Below the pieces are notes generated by a model that ran no database searches, had not been told where the DNA came from, and worked only from the letters and a program-made list of their open reading frames with translations. From an archaeon (GTDB lineage Archaea > Nanobdellota > Nanobdellia > Woesearchaeales > UBA9642), in NCBI GenBank assembly GCA_043806035.1, contig JAZDHK010000023.1, positions 29,659 to 93,658 of the forward strand: DNA of 64,000 bases, given 5' to 3'. A program made the translations under genes and the position numbers. This document shows, one piece after another, positions 50,529 to 60,874 of the stretch; the stretch's first letter is position 1, and every line of letters starts with the position of its first letter.

Positions 50529-52157
50529 ATGCTACCAATGACGCTCGAAAACAAGGCGCTACTAACCCTCAATGGAGAAAACTCGTTCATTTCTCTCAGT
50601 GACCCTGATGTCTTTGAAGGCAGGCCGTGCATTGACCATAAGGCACTCTTCACGGTCTTGCCAAAAAAAGCCATTGACACAGAAAGCCTACTGAACGCGG
50701 ACATGCAACAATTTCATAAGACCATTGACGAAACGACAACGCAGATAGGCTCTGCAACGTTCTACCGTTCCTTATGCAGTCCGCTCACGAATCCCGATGA
50801 CATCATCAAGAAGCAACATGCCGTACAAGAGCTCGAATCCAACAATTTGTTGCGGCAGCGCGTGCAGGAATATCTTGGTGAATTCGTAAAAGTGGAACGT
50901 GACCTTTTTCGATTCCTCATGCAGGATGGAGACCGTCCGCGGGACACGTATACCATCTTCAAAAAAGCGCAGCAGGCGGCAGCTGTCTTTTCTGACTTAA
51001 CGGCCAGCAATGGCGATGGCATCACGTCGGACTATCTGAAAACCCTCTTGCGACGTGTCATGACCGTTGATAATTCAAGACCCTATCGCATGCTCGTCCA
51101 CAATCCTTATCTTACCTTCAATGGCGTCGTTCCTCTAAATGAGTTGAAATGGTATATACCGCGCAGGGAACTAAAACCATCCCCGTGGACGTTGGATGCT
51201 ATTGCGCTTCCTCTTTTCTCGACGCTCGGCACGGGGGGCATACTCGATCTCATGAGCACAGGAATTGGCCAATACATTGCCATAGGAACGGTCTCTGTGG
51301 GTACGGCCATGGGTCTTGCCGGATATTTGTCGTGGAGAAAAAATGCCTTCTACGAGAAGGTCATGCAGCCGATAAAGACGGGCCTCCTCAATGATGCTGC
51401 TTTCAATTATGCTATGGAAGCGACGGGAACGTTGGATGAACTTCTTTCCTTCATCACCTTCAGAAAGCGCTATCCAAACATGACGTGCATGCCTAAAATT
51501 GTCGATGGTCCTGAACAATATATCAAAACGAAGAACCTGAAAAGCCCCGTCATGATTATGCAGTCAGACCATCCCGGTTTTGACATTGACCTGAGCGAGC
51601 AGAACAACATGGTCGTTACCGGCAGGCACAGTACGGGCAAGAGTAAGCTCGGCAGGAGATTGTTCTATGCTGCAGTCCAGGCACAGACAGGCTCGCATGT
51701 CATGGCAGATGCATTTGAGATTGTGCCCGCGGATAAGTTATTCTTCCACATGAGCATGATGGAAAGCGCAGGTGTGCAAGGCGGAGGCGTTGAGCAGGAG
51801 TTTGCCTATCTCAAGTCTATGTGGGATCAGAGCACGCCGAAAACATTTATCATCATGCACGATGTTGGAGGGACGCTTCCTGATTCCGAGGTCATTGCCC
51901 AGGAGAAGCGGCTCATGGGTGGGTATTACCGCATGGGCGGCACGACCATCCTCATTACTTCCTATGGTCCCTTGGCAAAAGACCTGGCAGACAGTGGATT
52001 AGCTGCCTGCATCCATGCAGAACTCAGAGGAAAAGCGCCGACCGGCAGATTCGTACCCGGCATCCATCACGAAAGCAACATTGAGTACTTGCAGCAAACA
52101 AGCGTGCTCTTTACCGATGAAGAGATCAGCTCACGTCTCGCTCAGTTTGGAAGATGA
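50529..52157 (+). CDS. MutS-related protein (domains III and V, TM hairpin, degenerate ATPase; start may be 50538)
   Basis: IDETTTQIGSATFYRSL..PL, VTGRHSTGKS, IIMHD. Confidence 0.72.
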   Translation: MLPMTLENKALLTLNGENSFISLSDPDVFEGRPCIDHKALFTVLPKKAIDTESLLNADMQQFHKTIDETTTQIGSATFYRSLCSPLTNPDDIIKKQHAVQELESNNLLRQRVQEYLGEFVKVERDLFRFLMQDGDRPRDTYTIFKKAQQAAAVFSDLTASNGDGITSDYLKTLLRRVMTVDNSRPYRMLVHNPYLTFNGVVPLNELKWYIPRRELKPSPWTLDAIALPLFSTLGTGGILDLMSTGIGQYIAIGTVSVGTAMGLAGYLSWRKNAFYEKVMQPIKTGLLNDAAFNYAMEATGTLDELLSFITFRKRYPNMTCMPKIVDGPEQYIKTKNLKSPVMIMQSDHPGFDIDLSEQNNMVVTGRHSTGKSKLGRRLFYAAVQAQTGSHVMADAFEIVPADKLFFHMSMMESAGVQGGGVEQEFAYLKSMWDQSTPKTFIIMHDVGGTLPDSEVIAQEKRLMGGYYRMGGTTILITSYGPLAKDLADSGLAACIHAELRGKAPTGRFVPGIHHESNIEYLQQTSVLFTDEEISSRLAQFGR

Positions 52158-52253
52158 TCACGCAGTAACTATTTTTCATTCCGTTTTCATTCTCTTATTC
52201 GTCAATTGATTTCTTGAGTAAACTTTTTAAAAACAGCAATGTATGTGCGGGAT

Positions 52254-53249
52254 ATGGTGTTGAAACCGTTCTTCAGGTATTCTGACGAGAAACTCGTCAT
52301 GACCGGTGTACTGCTGGCGTGCGCCTTATTCCTCACCGGACTTGAGTTCGTGCCTTTGTTCGGCACCCTCAGGCTCCCCCTCCAGTATGCCACAAGCTAT
52401 GCTGTTGCGCTCATGACGCTTGCACCTCCTCTGCTGCTCTACTTTCATGCAGTGTTCTATCTCACTATCCTGCTAACAATCATCGTATCTGTACTCACGG
52501 TAGGCTATGCGTACGTACTGAGCTGCCTCCTCGCACTCGTACAGAAAAAGTGGCTGCGCTACGGTTTATTAGCGATACCTTGCGTGGTAGTCGTGCTGTT
52601 CTTCATCATTTCTCTCCCATGTACTCCTCAGGTTGTCATGCACGAGCAGCCAGGAGCGGATCTGCACATGGAGAATGACGTTTTTCTCTCAATAGGCTGC
52701 ACCATTGATGACCAGCAGATCAGCTGCCCTTCGCTGAGTAAGCTTGGCTGCAGCGCTCTTTCCCTTTCACCTGACGGGTATGCGGGACTGGAAACGCCCA
52801 TGCTCGTCTGCACACCCAACAGAGGGACGGCAAGCCCTGACGCGCTCGTGGGAGAGGGCTGCATGGCACGTCGCCAACGCAGCATCATCGCCTATGCTGA
52901 CGGCATCGTTGTCATGAACACAACAACAGAGGTCAAGGCATTCTTTGCACCCATCACTCGTCCTGAGCAGGCGTTGAGTTATGCTGCACTCGTGACGGAC
53001 AGTTATCCTCTCTATAGTTTAGAGAAAAGAGCAGGTTACAAATACATCGTGCGGCAAGTCGATTTGTCGTACGTGAATGCCACGTCTTCAGGATTCATCG
53101 TGCATCTTTTCAGAGATGATCATTGCGGGTGCGGACCGAAAGGAAGGGCCGCTGTTGATTATTTGGTGAGCGATGAGGGGAAGATAACCCTGCTCAACCA
53201 GCAAGTGATTGAGGAGGATCTTTCATTGCGGCGTGCATGCGTCGATTGA
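52254..53249 (+). CDS. Membrane protein with Cys-rich extracellular domain
   Basis: Several N-terminal TMs; CGC and multiple Cys residues. Confidence 0.65.
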   Translation: MVLKPFFRYSDEKLVMTGVLLACALFLTGLEFVPLFGTLRLPLQYATSYAVALMTLAPPLLLYFHAVFYLTILLTIIVSVLTVGYAYVLSCLLALVQKKWLRYGLLAIPCVVVVLFFIISLPCTPQVVMHEQPGADLHMENDVFLSIGCTIDDQQISCPSLSKLGCSALSLSPDGYAGLETPMLVCTPNRGTASPDALVGEGCMARRQRSIIAYADGIVVMNTTTEVKAFFAPITRPEQALSYAALVTDSYPLYSLEKRAGYKYIVRQVDLSYVNATSSGFIVHLFRDDHCGCGPKGRAAVDYLVSDEGKITLLNQQVIEEDLSLRRACVD

Positions 53250-53329
53250 CTGAGCTCTGCTGCCTTGCCGAATCGAAAGCTTTTTAATTCTCCACCTTGA
53301 TTTTTCCCGCGTGACGTAGGTGAGTGACT

Positions 53330-53749
53330 ATGATTACTGGTGTTATGGCAATAGTTTATGACGACATGGGCGATCCGTTCTACCTCATTTTCAAAAGGAA
53401 CAGCAACTGGAAGGGATGGGAATTCTTGAAAGGCAAGATCAAGGGGGGAGAGACTCCCGAGCAGGCGGTGGAGCGCACTATAAAAGAAGATGCAGGTCTT
53501 GGCAAGTACAAGATGAAGAAGAAGCTCAGCCAGACGAGGAAATATGCAAAGAACGGCACGGAACAGGAACTCGCTGTCTTCCTCATAGAATCAGAAACGT
53601 ACATTCCCGTGAAGAACTACAAGGTGAGCAAGAAGCATGACAGCTACATCTGGGTGAAGGAAGGGGAAGTGCTCCAGAAGCTCAATTGGGACAATGAGAA
53701 GGACATATTCAAGATAGCGACAGACATCATCAAGAAGAAGAGCTTCTGA
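53330..53749 (+). CDS. NUDIX hydrolase (divergent Nudix box)
   Basis: WEFLKGKIKGGETPEQAVERTIKEDAGL. Confidence 0.85.
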   Translation: MITGVMAIVYDDMGDPFYLIFKRNSNWKGWEFLKGKIKGGETPEQAVERTIKEDAGLGKYKMKKKLSQTRKYAKNGTEQELAVFLIESETYIPVKNYKVSKKHDSYIWVKEGEVLQKLNWDNEKDIFKIATDIIKKKSF

Positions 53750-53846
53750 ATGAGACTATGCATGAGACTGTTGTTGAAGAATTTCTAAAGATGCCACTTG
53801 CGCAGAGTTATAATTCTTTATATAGGGTTGTGTTCTAGACTGCACC

Positions 53847-55172
53847 GTGGTTGGCGTATTCAAAACGTATGACATCCGTGGGCTGTACCCTGATGAGTTA
53901 AGTGAGGAAAAGGCATTCTTCATAGGCAGAACCATACAGCGCATCCTGCATCCGAAACGAGTTGTCATCGGGTATGACATGCGGAAAAGCTCCAGGCGAT
54001 ACTTGCACGAGCTCACGCACGCCCTCACGTCAGCGGAAATAACGGTTATCGGCAGGACCAGTTCGCCATTGCTGTACTTCAGCACCATCCACGGCCAATA
54101 CAATCTGGGCATCATGCTCACCGCATCGCACAATCCTGCAGCGTATGGAGGAATAAAATTCATGCTGCCAAACGGCATGCCTGTTGCGAAAGGCAGCGGT
54201 ATGGAATTGCTCGAGAGGCATTATCTTGAAAAGAAAGAACAATTTCCCCGTCGGGCAAAGATACAGCATTGCAGTTACCTCAAGGAATACATTGCACGCA
54301 TCCGCGGAGCAGTCCAGCCAGGAAAGCAGCTCAAAATCGTCGTCGATTACGGTAATGGCATCATGCATGCCGTAGCAAAACATTTTTGGCATCATCTCCC
54401 CTGGGTGAGGGTCATCGAACTCAATGAAAAACCCGATGGCAATTTTCCACATCACATCCCCAATCCTGTAATGCCCGAGAACATGCGAGAGTTACAAGCC
54501 GCCGTAAAAAAACACAAGGCAGATTTGGGCATAGCATTCGATGGTGACGGAGATAGAGTGGGTTTTGTCGATGAGCAAGGACACATTGTCCCGAACGATC
54601 TCGCCTGCCTGGTGTTAGTGCTGAATGAATTCAGGACGACACGTAATGCATGGACAGTATATCATGACTTCCGTTTCAGCCCCGTCTTTGAAGAGGTCAT
54701 CAAGGCGGCAGGAGGAAGGGCAGAGAAGAGCCATGTGGGGACGCTCTATTACAAAAAAAGGCTCATCAGGGAAGGGGGTGTCTTGGGATGCGAGTATTCC
54801 GGGCATATCATGTATAGGGATAACGACAGCATCGATGATGGCCTGTACGCTGCAGCGAAAATGCTGCACTTGCTTGGCGAGAGTTCGAAGAAATGCAGCC
54901 AGCTCATCGCTCCTTTCGACGAGTACCTGCCATTAGCAGAGTCAAACTATCCTCTGCACGACCTTGACCGGGTCATTGTTGCACTGCGAAAAAAGTTTGC
55001 GGGTTGTCACGTTGATTTTTTTGAGGGCGTCTCTGTGCGAGGCAAGGGATTCTGGTTCAACCTGCGCAAGAGCAACACAGAACCAGTACTGCGGGTCAGC
55101 GTGCTCGCCAAGACACGGCGGCAGGCGGCGCATATTGAAAAAACGCTTGCAACCATTATCAAAAGAGCATAA
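53847..55172 (+). CDS. Phosphomannomutase/phosphoglucomutase
   Basis: FKTYDIRG, TASHNP, FDGDGDR, EYSGH, RKSNTEP. Confidence 0.95.
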   Translation: MVGVFKTYDIRGLYPDELSEEKAFFIGRTIQRILHPKRVVIGYDMRKSSRRYLHELTHALTSAEITVIGRTSSPLLYFSTIHGQYNLGIMLTASHNPAAYGGIKFMLPNGMPVAKGSGMELLERHYLEKKEQFPRRAKIQHCSYLKEYIARIRGAVQPGKQLKIVVDYGNGIMHAVAKHFWHHLPWVRVIELNEKPDGNFPHHIPNPVMPENMRELQAAVKKHKADLGIAFDGDGDRVGFVDEQGHIVPNDLACLVLVLNEFRTTRNAWTVYHDFRFSPVFEEVIKAAGGRAEKSHVGTLYYKKRLIREGGVLGCEYSGHIMYRDNDSIDDGLYAAAKMLHLLGESSKKCSQLIAPFDEYLPLAESNYPLHDLDRVIVALRKKFAGCHVDFFEGVSVRGKGFWFNLRKSNTEPVLRVSVLAKTRRQAAHIEKTLATIIKRA

Positions 55173-55260
55173 AGTTTATAAATAAATTGCCTCTTCCTTA
55201 GGAGTGGAGAGAAGAAGAACCTTTGCGAGCGCATGTGCTGCGTTCACTTCTCTAATAACA

Positions 55261-55587
55261 ATGAAAATGAAAGTATTGCTGCCCAGCATGAAAGAACGGG
55301 CAAGATATCTCGTATATGAGATGAACACAGCAGGAAACATCCAGCATGCTCAGGTCATCGAGGCCTGTAAGGCATATCTTGGCGTGTTTGACAGTGCACG
55401 AGCAGGCATCATGCCGGTTGCCACTAGAGCAAATAGAGGCATATTGCGATTGAGTCATGACCTTCTGGATAAAGTACGCGTAAGTCTTCTGCTTATCAGC
55501 ACACTGCATGCAACGCCTGCACGTGTGCATACGGTCTACGTTTCAGGCCTGCTCAACAAGGCAAAAGCATACTTGACAACACAATGA
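55261..55587 (+). CDS. rnp2: RNase P protein Pop5/Rpp14
   Basis: LLPSMKERARYL, VSGLLNKA; directly upstream of psmA. Confidence 0.82.
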   Translation: MKMKVLLPSMKERARYLVYEMNTAGNIQHAQVIEACKAYLGVFDSARAGIMPVATRANRGILRLSHDLLDKVRVSLLLISTLHATPARVHTVYVSGLLNKAKAYLTTQ

Positions 55588-55609
55588 GAACGACGATTGA
55601 GATAATGAG

Positions 55610-56338
55610 GTGGAACTAATGCAACCAGTGCAGCACCAAATGATGGGATACGACCGTGCGATAACCATGTTCTCTCCTGACGGGAGACTCCTCCAGGTGG
55701 AATATGCGAAGAAAACAGTGAAGCAAGGCAGTCCTGCAATAGGCATAACGTGCAAGGACGGCGTCGTGCTCATCGCGGACAAGAGAGTCCTTGAGCCATT
55801 AATCGTGAACGACCAGATAGAGAAGATCTGGCCCATCGAGGAACATATCGTGGCGACGGCTGCAGGCATCCTCAGCGACGCACGTGTCCTCATCGAACGT
55901 GCGCAGGTAAAGGCCCAGCAGCACAAGGTGACATACGGCAGCCCCGTCGACATCTTAACTATTGTCAAAGACATCGCGGACCTGGAGCAGATGTGCACGC
56001 AATCAGGAGGACTCAGGCCATTTGGTGTGAGCATGCTAATTGCAGGCGTCGATGCAAATGGCATCAGGCTGTTCGAGACAAACCCTACAGGCATATTCTT
56101 TCCCTACTACGCTACAGCGATAGGCGAGTTCGACACGGAGATCAAGGAATACTTGGGCAAGAACTACAAGCAGAGCATGAGCATGGATGACGCCATCAAG
56201 CTCGGCATCCAGGCACTCAAGAAAGTCCTGAGCGAGAACTTCAGCGCAGACCGGTTGGAAATTGCCATCATCGATGTGAAGGACAAGAAAGTGAAGAAAC
56301 TGCAAGGGGATAAGATAAGCAAGTATCTTGCGAAATAG
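55610..56338 (+). CDS. psmA: Proteasome subunit alpha
   Basis: GYDRAITMFSPDGRLLQVEYA, RPFGVS. Confidence 0.98.
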   Translation: MELMQPVQHQMMGYDRAITMFSPDGRLLQVEYAKKTVKQGSPAIGITCKDGVVLIADKRVLEPLIVNDQIEKIWPIEEHIVATAAGILSDARVLIERAQVKAQQHKVTYGSPVDILTIVKDIADLEQMCTQSGGLRPFGVSMLIAGVDANGIRLFETNPTGIFFPYYATAIGEFDTEIKEYLGKNYKQSMSMDDAIKLGIQALKKVLSENFSADRLEIAIIDVKDKKVKKLQGDKISKYLAK

Positions 56339-56346
56339 GTGAGAGC

Positions 56347-57072
56347 ATGACGAGAGGACCGGTCATCAAGTACGACAAGGAGCGAGTTTCGTTCAACCTT
56401 GCCAAAGTAAAAAAGAACGGTTTCAACTTCGAAATTGTCATTAATCCTGACGAGGCCATGGGCTTTCGTGCGGGCAAACGCGCTGATGTTCGCGATGCCA
56501 TCCGGAGCGAGCACATTTTCAAAGACGCTTCGCGAGGAGAGTTGGCGAACGAGCACGAGCTGGAACAGGCATTTGGTTCAAGGGATGCACTTGTCGTGGC
56601 TGCATTTCTCATCAAGAATGGCATCATCCAGCTGACGGATGAGCATCGAAGCATGCTGCGTGAGGAAAAAAGAAAGAAGATACTCAGCATCATCCACACC
56701 AACGCTATTGATCCGAAGACAAAGCTTCCCCATCCCATTGCGCGGCTGGAGAATGCGTTCGAGGAGGCGAAAGTGCGGATTGACGAGCACAAGTCTGCGG
56801 AGGACCAGGTGCAGGATATCGTGAGAGCCATCCAGATAATCTTGCCTATCAAGTTTGCCATCGCAGAATTGCAGATTCATCTGTCAGCGAATGTGGCGAG
56901 CAAGCAACACAATGTCATCAAGAAGTATGGCACGATCGTCAGTGAGTCCTGGCTGAAAGATGGCAGCTGGCTGGGAAAGGTCGAGCTGCCCGCAGGGCTG
57001 AAGCTAGATCTCATAGATTACCTTAATGGCGCAACGCATGGCGGTGCGGACATCAAGGTGCTCAAAGAATGA
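56347..57072 (+). CDS. Ribosome maturation factor SBDS/Sdo1
   Basis: IFKDASRG, IQLT.E.R, DPKTKLPHP. Confidence 0.95.
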   Translation: MTRGPVIKYDKERVSFNLAKVKKNGFNFEIVINPDEAMGFRAGKRADVRDAIRSEHIFKDASRGELANEHELEQAFGSRDALVVAAFLIKNGIIQLTDEHRSMLREEKRKKILSIIHTNAIDPKTKLPHPIARLENAFEEAKVRIDEHKSAEDQVQDIVRAIQIILPIKFAIAELQIHLSANVASKQHNVIKKYGTIVSESWLKDGSWLGKVELPAGLKLDLIDYLNGATHGGADIKVLKE

Positions 57073-57088
57073 TTAACAAGGTGAAACA

Positions 57089-57946
57089 ATGAGTTTGTTA
57101 GTACAAGAAAAAACAGTGGTGGTTCCTGGAGAAATCATCGCGGACGGCATGGATTACCTGCCGAGCGAAGGAACCTACAGAAAGAACGACAAGATTTACG
57201 CATCGCGGCTGGGCATACTCAGCCTGAATGGCAAGGTGCTTAAGAACATTCCCCTCTCGGGAAAGTACCTGCCCAAGCGTAACGATCTGGTTATCGGCAG
57301 AGTGTTCGATATTCTCATCTCCGGATGGAGATTGGACATCAACTGCCCGTATTCAGCAGTGTTGAACACGAAAGAGGCGAGCTATGGCTACATCAGCAAG
57401 ATGGAAGACCTTAGCCAAATCTATCAACTCGATGATTATTTGGTGTGCACGATCATCAACGTCACGTCCCAGAATCTTGTCGACATAACGACGAAGGGAC
57501 AGGGCATGGGCAAACTGCAGGGCGGCCGCATCATGAAAGTCAACACGCACAAAATCCCGAGAATCATCGGCAAGAAAGGCAGCATGATCACCATGATCAA
57601 GCAAGCCACGAGCTGCCAAGTGGTCGTCGGCCAGAACGGTGTCGTTTGGCTGAAAGGAGACCCGGAGAATGAGCTCATCGCCAGAAAGGCAATACAGCTC
57701 ATCGAGGACAAGGCACACATTGGCGGCTTGACTGCGCAAGTGAAGAGCTTCCTCGAGAAAGAGACAGGGAAACCTGTCGCGGAAGTGGTCGTCCCCGAAG
57801 GAGAGGACGAATTGCACGAACAAGAGACAAGTGCTGAACAGCCACGAGACGAGTCCAGACAAGAACGACGTCCCGAGCAACGACGAGGACCTTCCCGCTT
57901 CAGGAGCGGTGGCAGTTTCAACAGGTCAAGGTTTAGACGAGAATAA
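57089..57946 (+). CDS. rrp4: Exosome subunit Rrp4
   Basis: VVPGE, S1 plus KH (PRIIGKKGSMI, GQNG); Arg/Glu-rich tail. Confidence 0.95.
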   Translation: MSLLVQEKTVVVPGEIIADGMDYLPSEGTYRKNDKIYASRLGILSLNGKVLKNIPLSGKYLPKRNDLVIGRVFDILISGWRLDINCPYSAVLNTKEASYGYISKMEDLSQIYQLDDYLVCTIINVTSQNLVDITTKGQGMGKLQGGRIMKVNTHKIPRIIGKKGSMITMIKQATSCQVVVGQNGVVWLKGDPENELIARKAIQLIEDKAHIGGLTAQVKSFLEKETGKPVAEVVVPEGEDELHEQETSAEQPRDESRQERRPEQRRGPSRFRSGGSFNRSRFRRE

Positions 57947-57955
57947 TCAGGTGAA

Positions 57956-58687
57956 ATGATGAATACAGATAAAACGTACAAAGAACGGATCAGCAAACGG
58001 GCATTCGACGAGGTCAGGAAGATCGATGCCAAAGCCGGCGTCATCAAGAAAGCGGACGGCTCTGCCTATTTCAAAATAGGAAAAACCGTCGCCTATGCAG
58101 CAGTGTATGGGCCAAGGGATCTCTACCCGAGATTCAAGCAAGACCCTAAGAAGGGAATTCTGCGATGCAATTACAACATGATGCCCTTTTCAGGCGCTGG
58201 CGAACGAGTCAGGCCGGGAAGCAACCGACGGGCGAAAGAGATTAGTCTCGTGACAGAAAAGGCATTGTTGCCTGTCCTCGACTTAAGCGCATACCCTAAC
58301 GCAGTGGTCGATGTCTTCATCGAACTTCCCGAGACGGATGCGGGCAGCAGGTGTGCGGGCATTTGCGCTGCGGCAATTGCGCTGGCAGATGCAGGTCTCA
58401 CCATGAAGGACATGGTCGCGGCAATTTCTGTCGGCCAAGTAAGAGATGCATTGGTCGTCGACCTTGACGGTGACGAGGAGCATCTGGACGAGAATGCCAG
58501 CACGGACATCGCCCTGGCGATGATTCCCGAGACTGAGGAAATAACGTTGATGCAGATGGACGGCATCATCGAGAAGGATAAACTGTTCAAGGCGCTCGAG
58601 ATGGTCAAGCCAGCCATGAAGCATATTGCCCAAGTGCAGCGTGCAGCGCTCAAGCAAAAATACAATTCAGGTGAAAGCAATGAATGA
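57956..58687 (+). CDS. rrp41: Exosome exonuclease Rrp41
   Basis: ADGSA, AAVYGPR, DAGSRC, QMDG. Confidence 0.95.
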   Translation: MMNTDKTYKERISKRAFDEVRKIDAKAGVIKKADGSAYFKIGKTVAYAAVYGPRDLYPRFKQDPKKGILRCNYNMMPFSGAGERVRPGSNRRAKEISLVTEKALLPVLDLSAYPNAVVDVFIELPETDAGSRCAGICAAAIALADAGLTMKDMVAAISVGQVRDALVVDLDGDEEHLDENASTDIALAMIPETEEITLMQMDGIIEKDKLFKALEMVKPAMKHIAQVQRAALKQKYNSGESNE

Positions 58688-59450
58688 AGAGCTCAAACAA
58701 CACATTCTCAAGGCGCTTGAGAAGAACATACGATACGACGGGCGCAAGAAGGACGAGCTGCGAAAAATAACGATCAGCAAGAACTTCACCAGCACGGCGG
58801 AAGGCTCTGCGCAAGTAAAATTCGGGGACACGGAAGTCCTTGTAGGAGTGAAGATGTCCATTGAGAAGCCGTACGCAGACAGACCGGATGACGGCATGCT
58901 CATGGTGAACGCAGAACTGCTGCCCTTGAGCAATCCCGCATTCGAATCAGGACCTCCTGACGTGACATCCATCGAGATTGCACGCGTCATTGACCGGGGC
59001 ATCCGTGAAGGTCACGCCTTCGATACGAAGACGCTATGCCTCACGCCAGGGGAGAAAGTCTGGTCGGTATCTGTGGACATCTGTCCCATCAACAGCGATG
59101 GGAACTTGCTCGATGTCGGTGCGTTCGCTGCCATCATAGCGATCCAGAGCACACGCTACCCGCATTATGAGAATGACAAGATCGACTATGAGAAGAAGAC
59201 GGACAAGCAGCTCGCGTTGGACAAAGTGCCCATTGCGATAACGGTAATCAAGATCGGCAGTCATTTGCTCGTCGATCCTATCGAGGATGAGGAACGCGTC
59301 CTTGACGCCAGGCTCACCATGACCTTCCTCAATGAAGGAGAGTTGTGCAGCCTGCAGAAAGGCGGAGACAGTCCCTTGACCATTGATGAAATCACGCAAA
59401 TGGTCGAGCTGGGCAAGACGAAGAGCCTCGAGCTGCGAAAGCTGCTCTGA
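58680..59450 (+). CDS. rrp42: Exosome subunit Rrp42
   Basis: RYDGR, AEGSA, FESGPP, RVIDRGIRE, QKGG. Confidence 0.95.
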   Translation: MNEELKQHILKALEKNIRYDGRKKDELRKITISKNFTSTAEGSAQVKFGDTEVLVGVKMSIEKPYADRPDDGMLMVNAELLPLSNPAFESGPPDVTSIEIARVIDRGIREGHAFDTKTLCLTPGEKVWSVSVDICPINSDGNLLDVGAFAAIIAIQSTRYPHYENDKIDYEKKTDKQLALDKVPIAITVIKIGSHLLVDPIEDEERVLDARLTMTFLNEGELCSLQKGGDSPLTIDEITQMVELGKTKSLELRKLL

Positions 59451-59517
59451 ACTCTTCCTGAGATTGCGCGTGTAAACAGAATCTTTTTAAATCCTTTATT
59501 TTTTCCAAAGGTGAACC

Positions 59518-59748
59518 ATGATGACCCCTCTTGAAGAAGCAGAATTTACGAAGTACGAACGCGCGCGGATGTTCGGTTCACGAGCATTGCAGCTGAGCAT
59601 GGGCGCTCCTTTTCTGATTAAGATTTCCAAGAAGGACCTCGAGGAGTTGCAGTACAACCCTGTCAGGATTGCCATGAAAGAGTTTGAGGCGGGAGTCCTG
59701 CCCATCGCTGTGCGGAGAGTTCTCCCGCATGAGCGACTGCATAAGTAA
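59518..59748 (+). CDS. rpoK: RNA polymerase subunit Rpo6 (RpoK)
   Basis: TKYERARMFGSRALQLSMGAP. Confidence 0.95.
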   Translation: MMTPLEEAEFTKYERARMFGSRALQLSMGAPFLIKISKKDLEELQYNPVRIAMKEFEAGVLPIAVRRVLPHERLHK

Positions 59749-59749
59749 G

Positions 59750-59877
59750 CCTGGCTCTTAGGCAAATAGTGCTCCCGAGTGGAGTTTTCTTGTTTTGCAG
59801 GAATTGCGTCATGCTCGGTTCGGGGTTCGTGTACACGGCATAACGGAACGGAGCACGACCATTTGCCTAAGTGCAGG
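59750..59877 (-). other. Structured intergenic element (candidate ncRNA or degenerate MITE)
   Basis: Nested stems CTTAGGCAAAT/ATTTGCCTAAG, GTGCTCC/GGAGCAC and CGTCATGC/GCATAACG. Confidence 0.5.
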
Positions 59878-59919
59878 TAAGCCCATAAACTATTTAAAAG
59901 ACGCTTTCTTTCAAGGAGT

Positions 59920-60318
59920 ATGCGCTACTTACGCATTACCATTATCAAGACAGACAGTCCTGGTGGGCACAACATCAATGATGCTTTGCAGTGGCTCGGC
60001 CAGAGCCTCGGCCTCTTCGGTGAGAGGGACAAGGACAAGAGCTGCTTCAGGATTTTTATCGAATTGCTCAAGCATCTCAAGAAGGGTGGCATGAGCAGCG
60101 ATGAGCTTGCCGCGCGTCTAGGGCTGACGAGGGGAACGGTAGTGCATCACCTCAACAGGCTCATGGAGGCAGGTCTTGTCAGCAACAGGAACAGCAAGTA
60201 CTTTCTGAATGTCGAAAATCTTTCTCAGCTCGTCGACGAAGTGGAAGCGAACCTGCAGCAGACCTTCTCTACGCTGCGTAAGGTTGCCAAGAAAATAGAT
60301 GAGCAACTGGAATTATAG
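59920..60318 (+). CDS. Winged-HTH regulator (ArsR/TrmB-like)
   Basis: SSDELAARLGLTRGTVVHHLNRLMEAGLV. Confidence 0.88.
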   Translation: MRYLRITIIKTDSPGGHNINDALQWLGQSLGLFGERDKDKSCFRIFIELLKHLKKGGMSSDELAARLGLTRGTVVHHLNRLMEAGLVSNRNSKYFLNVENLSQLVDEVEANLQQTFSTLRKVAKKIDEQLEL

Positions 60319-60352
60319 ATACTTATCTTGATATCCTTGCAAGAAAAAAGGA

Positions 60353-60874
60353 CTATTGTTCTTTCTTGTTTATGGTTATTATTTTCTCGATAGCTTTTTC
60401 TAAAGTTGCTTTTATGCTATCTGCAGTTTGTACCTTTGAATAATCAACGTTTATACAAGATACTCCTCTGTGTCTTACTGCTTTTGCTGCATCTACTTCC
60501 CTACCTTTTTCTTCCTTAAAGAAGACTCTGCCATCTCTTATGTATGGAGCATATGTATCAAGATGATTCTCAGAGGAACTATCTGCCATGTAATCTAAAT
60601 CTCTTATTACTATCAAAAGTCCTCTCTTTGGATTAATCTCAAGATGACTATATCCGCAGCCAGAGCCTCCTTCTGCAAATTGTATCGGATGTCCATATTC
60701 TCTTATGGCATCAAGTAGTTCTGTGTCCCTTAGAAGTTCTACAAGTGTTGCGTGGATTGCCTTTTGTACCTTTTCTTCAGTTTCATCCTTCAGTTCTCTT
60801 TCTGTTTTACTCTTTCTTAGGTCGTCCAGATACATTTTGTAGTGCGGTTCATCCTTTTTGTCGTGGTTGCTCAT
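60353..60874 (-). CDS. Hypothetical protein, AT-rich
   Basis: Long ORF with visibly different base composition. Confidence 0.6.
   Translation of the reverse strand: MSNHDKKDEPHYKMYLDDLRKSKTERELKDETEEKVQKAIHATLVELLRDTELLDAIREYGHPIQFAEGGSGCGYSHLEINPKRGLLIVIRDLDYMADSSSENHLDTYAPYIRDGRVFFKEEKGREVDAAKAVRHRGVSCINVDYSKVQTADSIKATLEKAIEKIITINKKEQ

Noticed and set aside
59750-59877. Assignment as 5S rRNA, SRP RNA or RNase P RNA
   Set aside because: Only CCCGAAC recalls 5S loop C; I could not find the loop E arm, the SRP helix-8 motif or RNase P core motifs.
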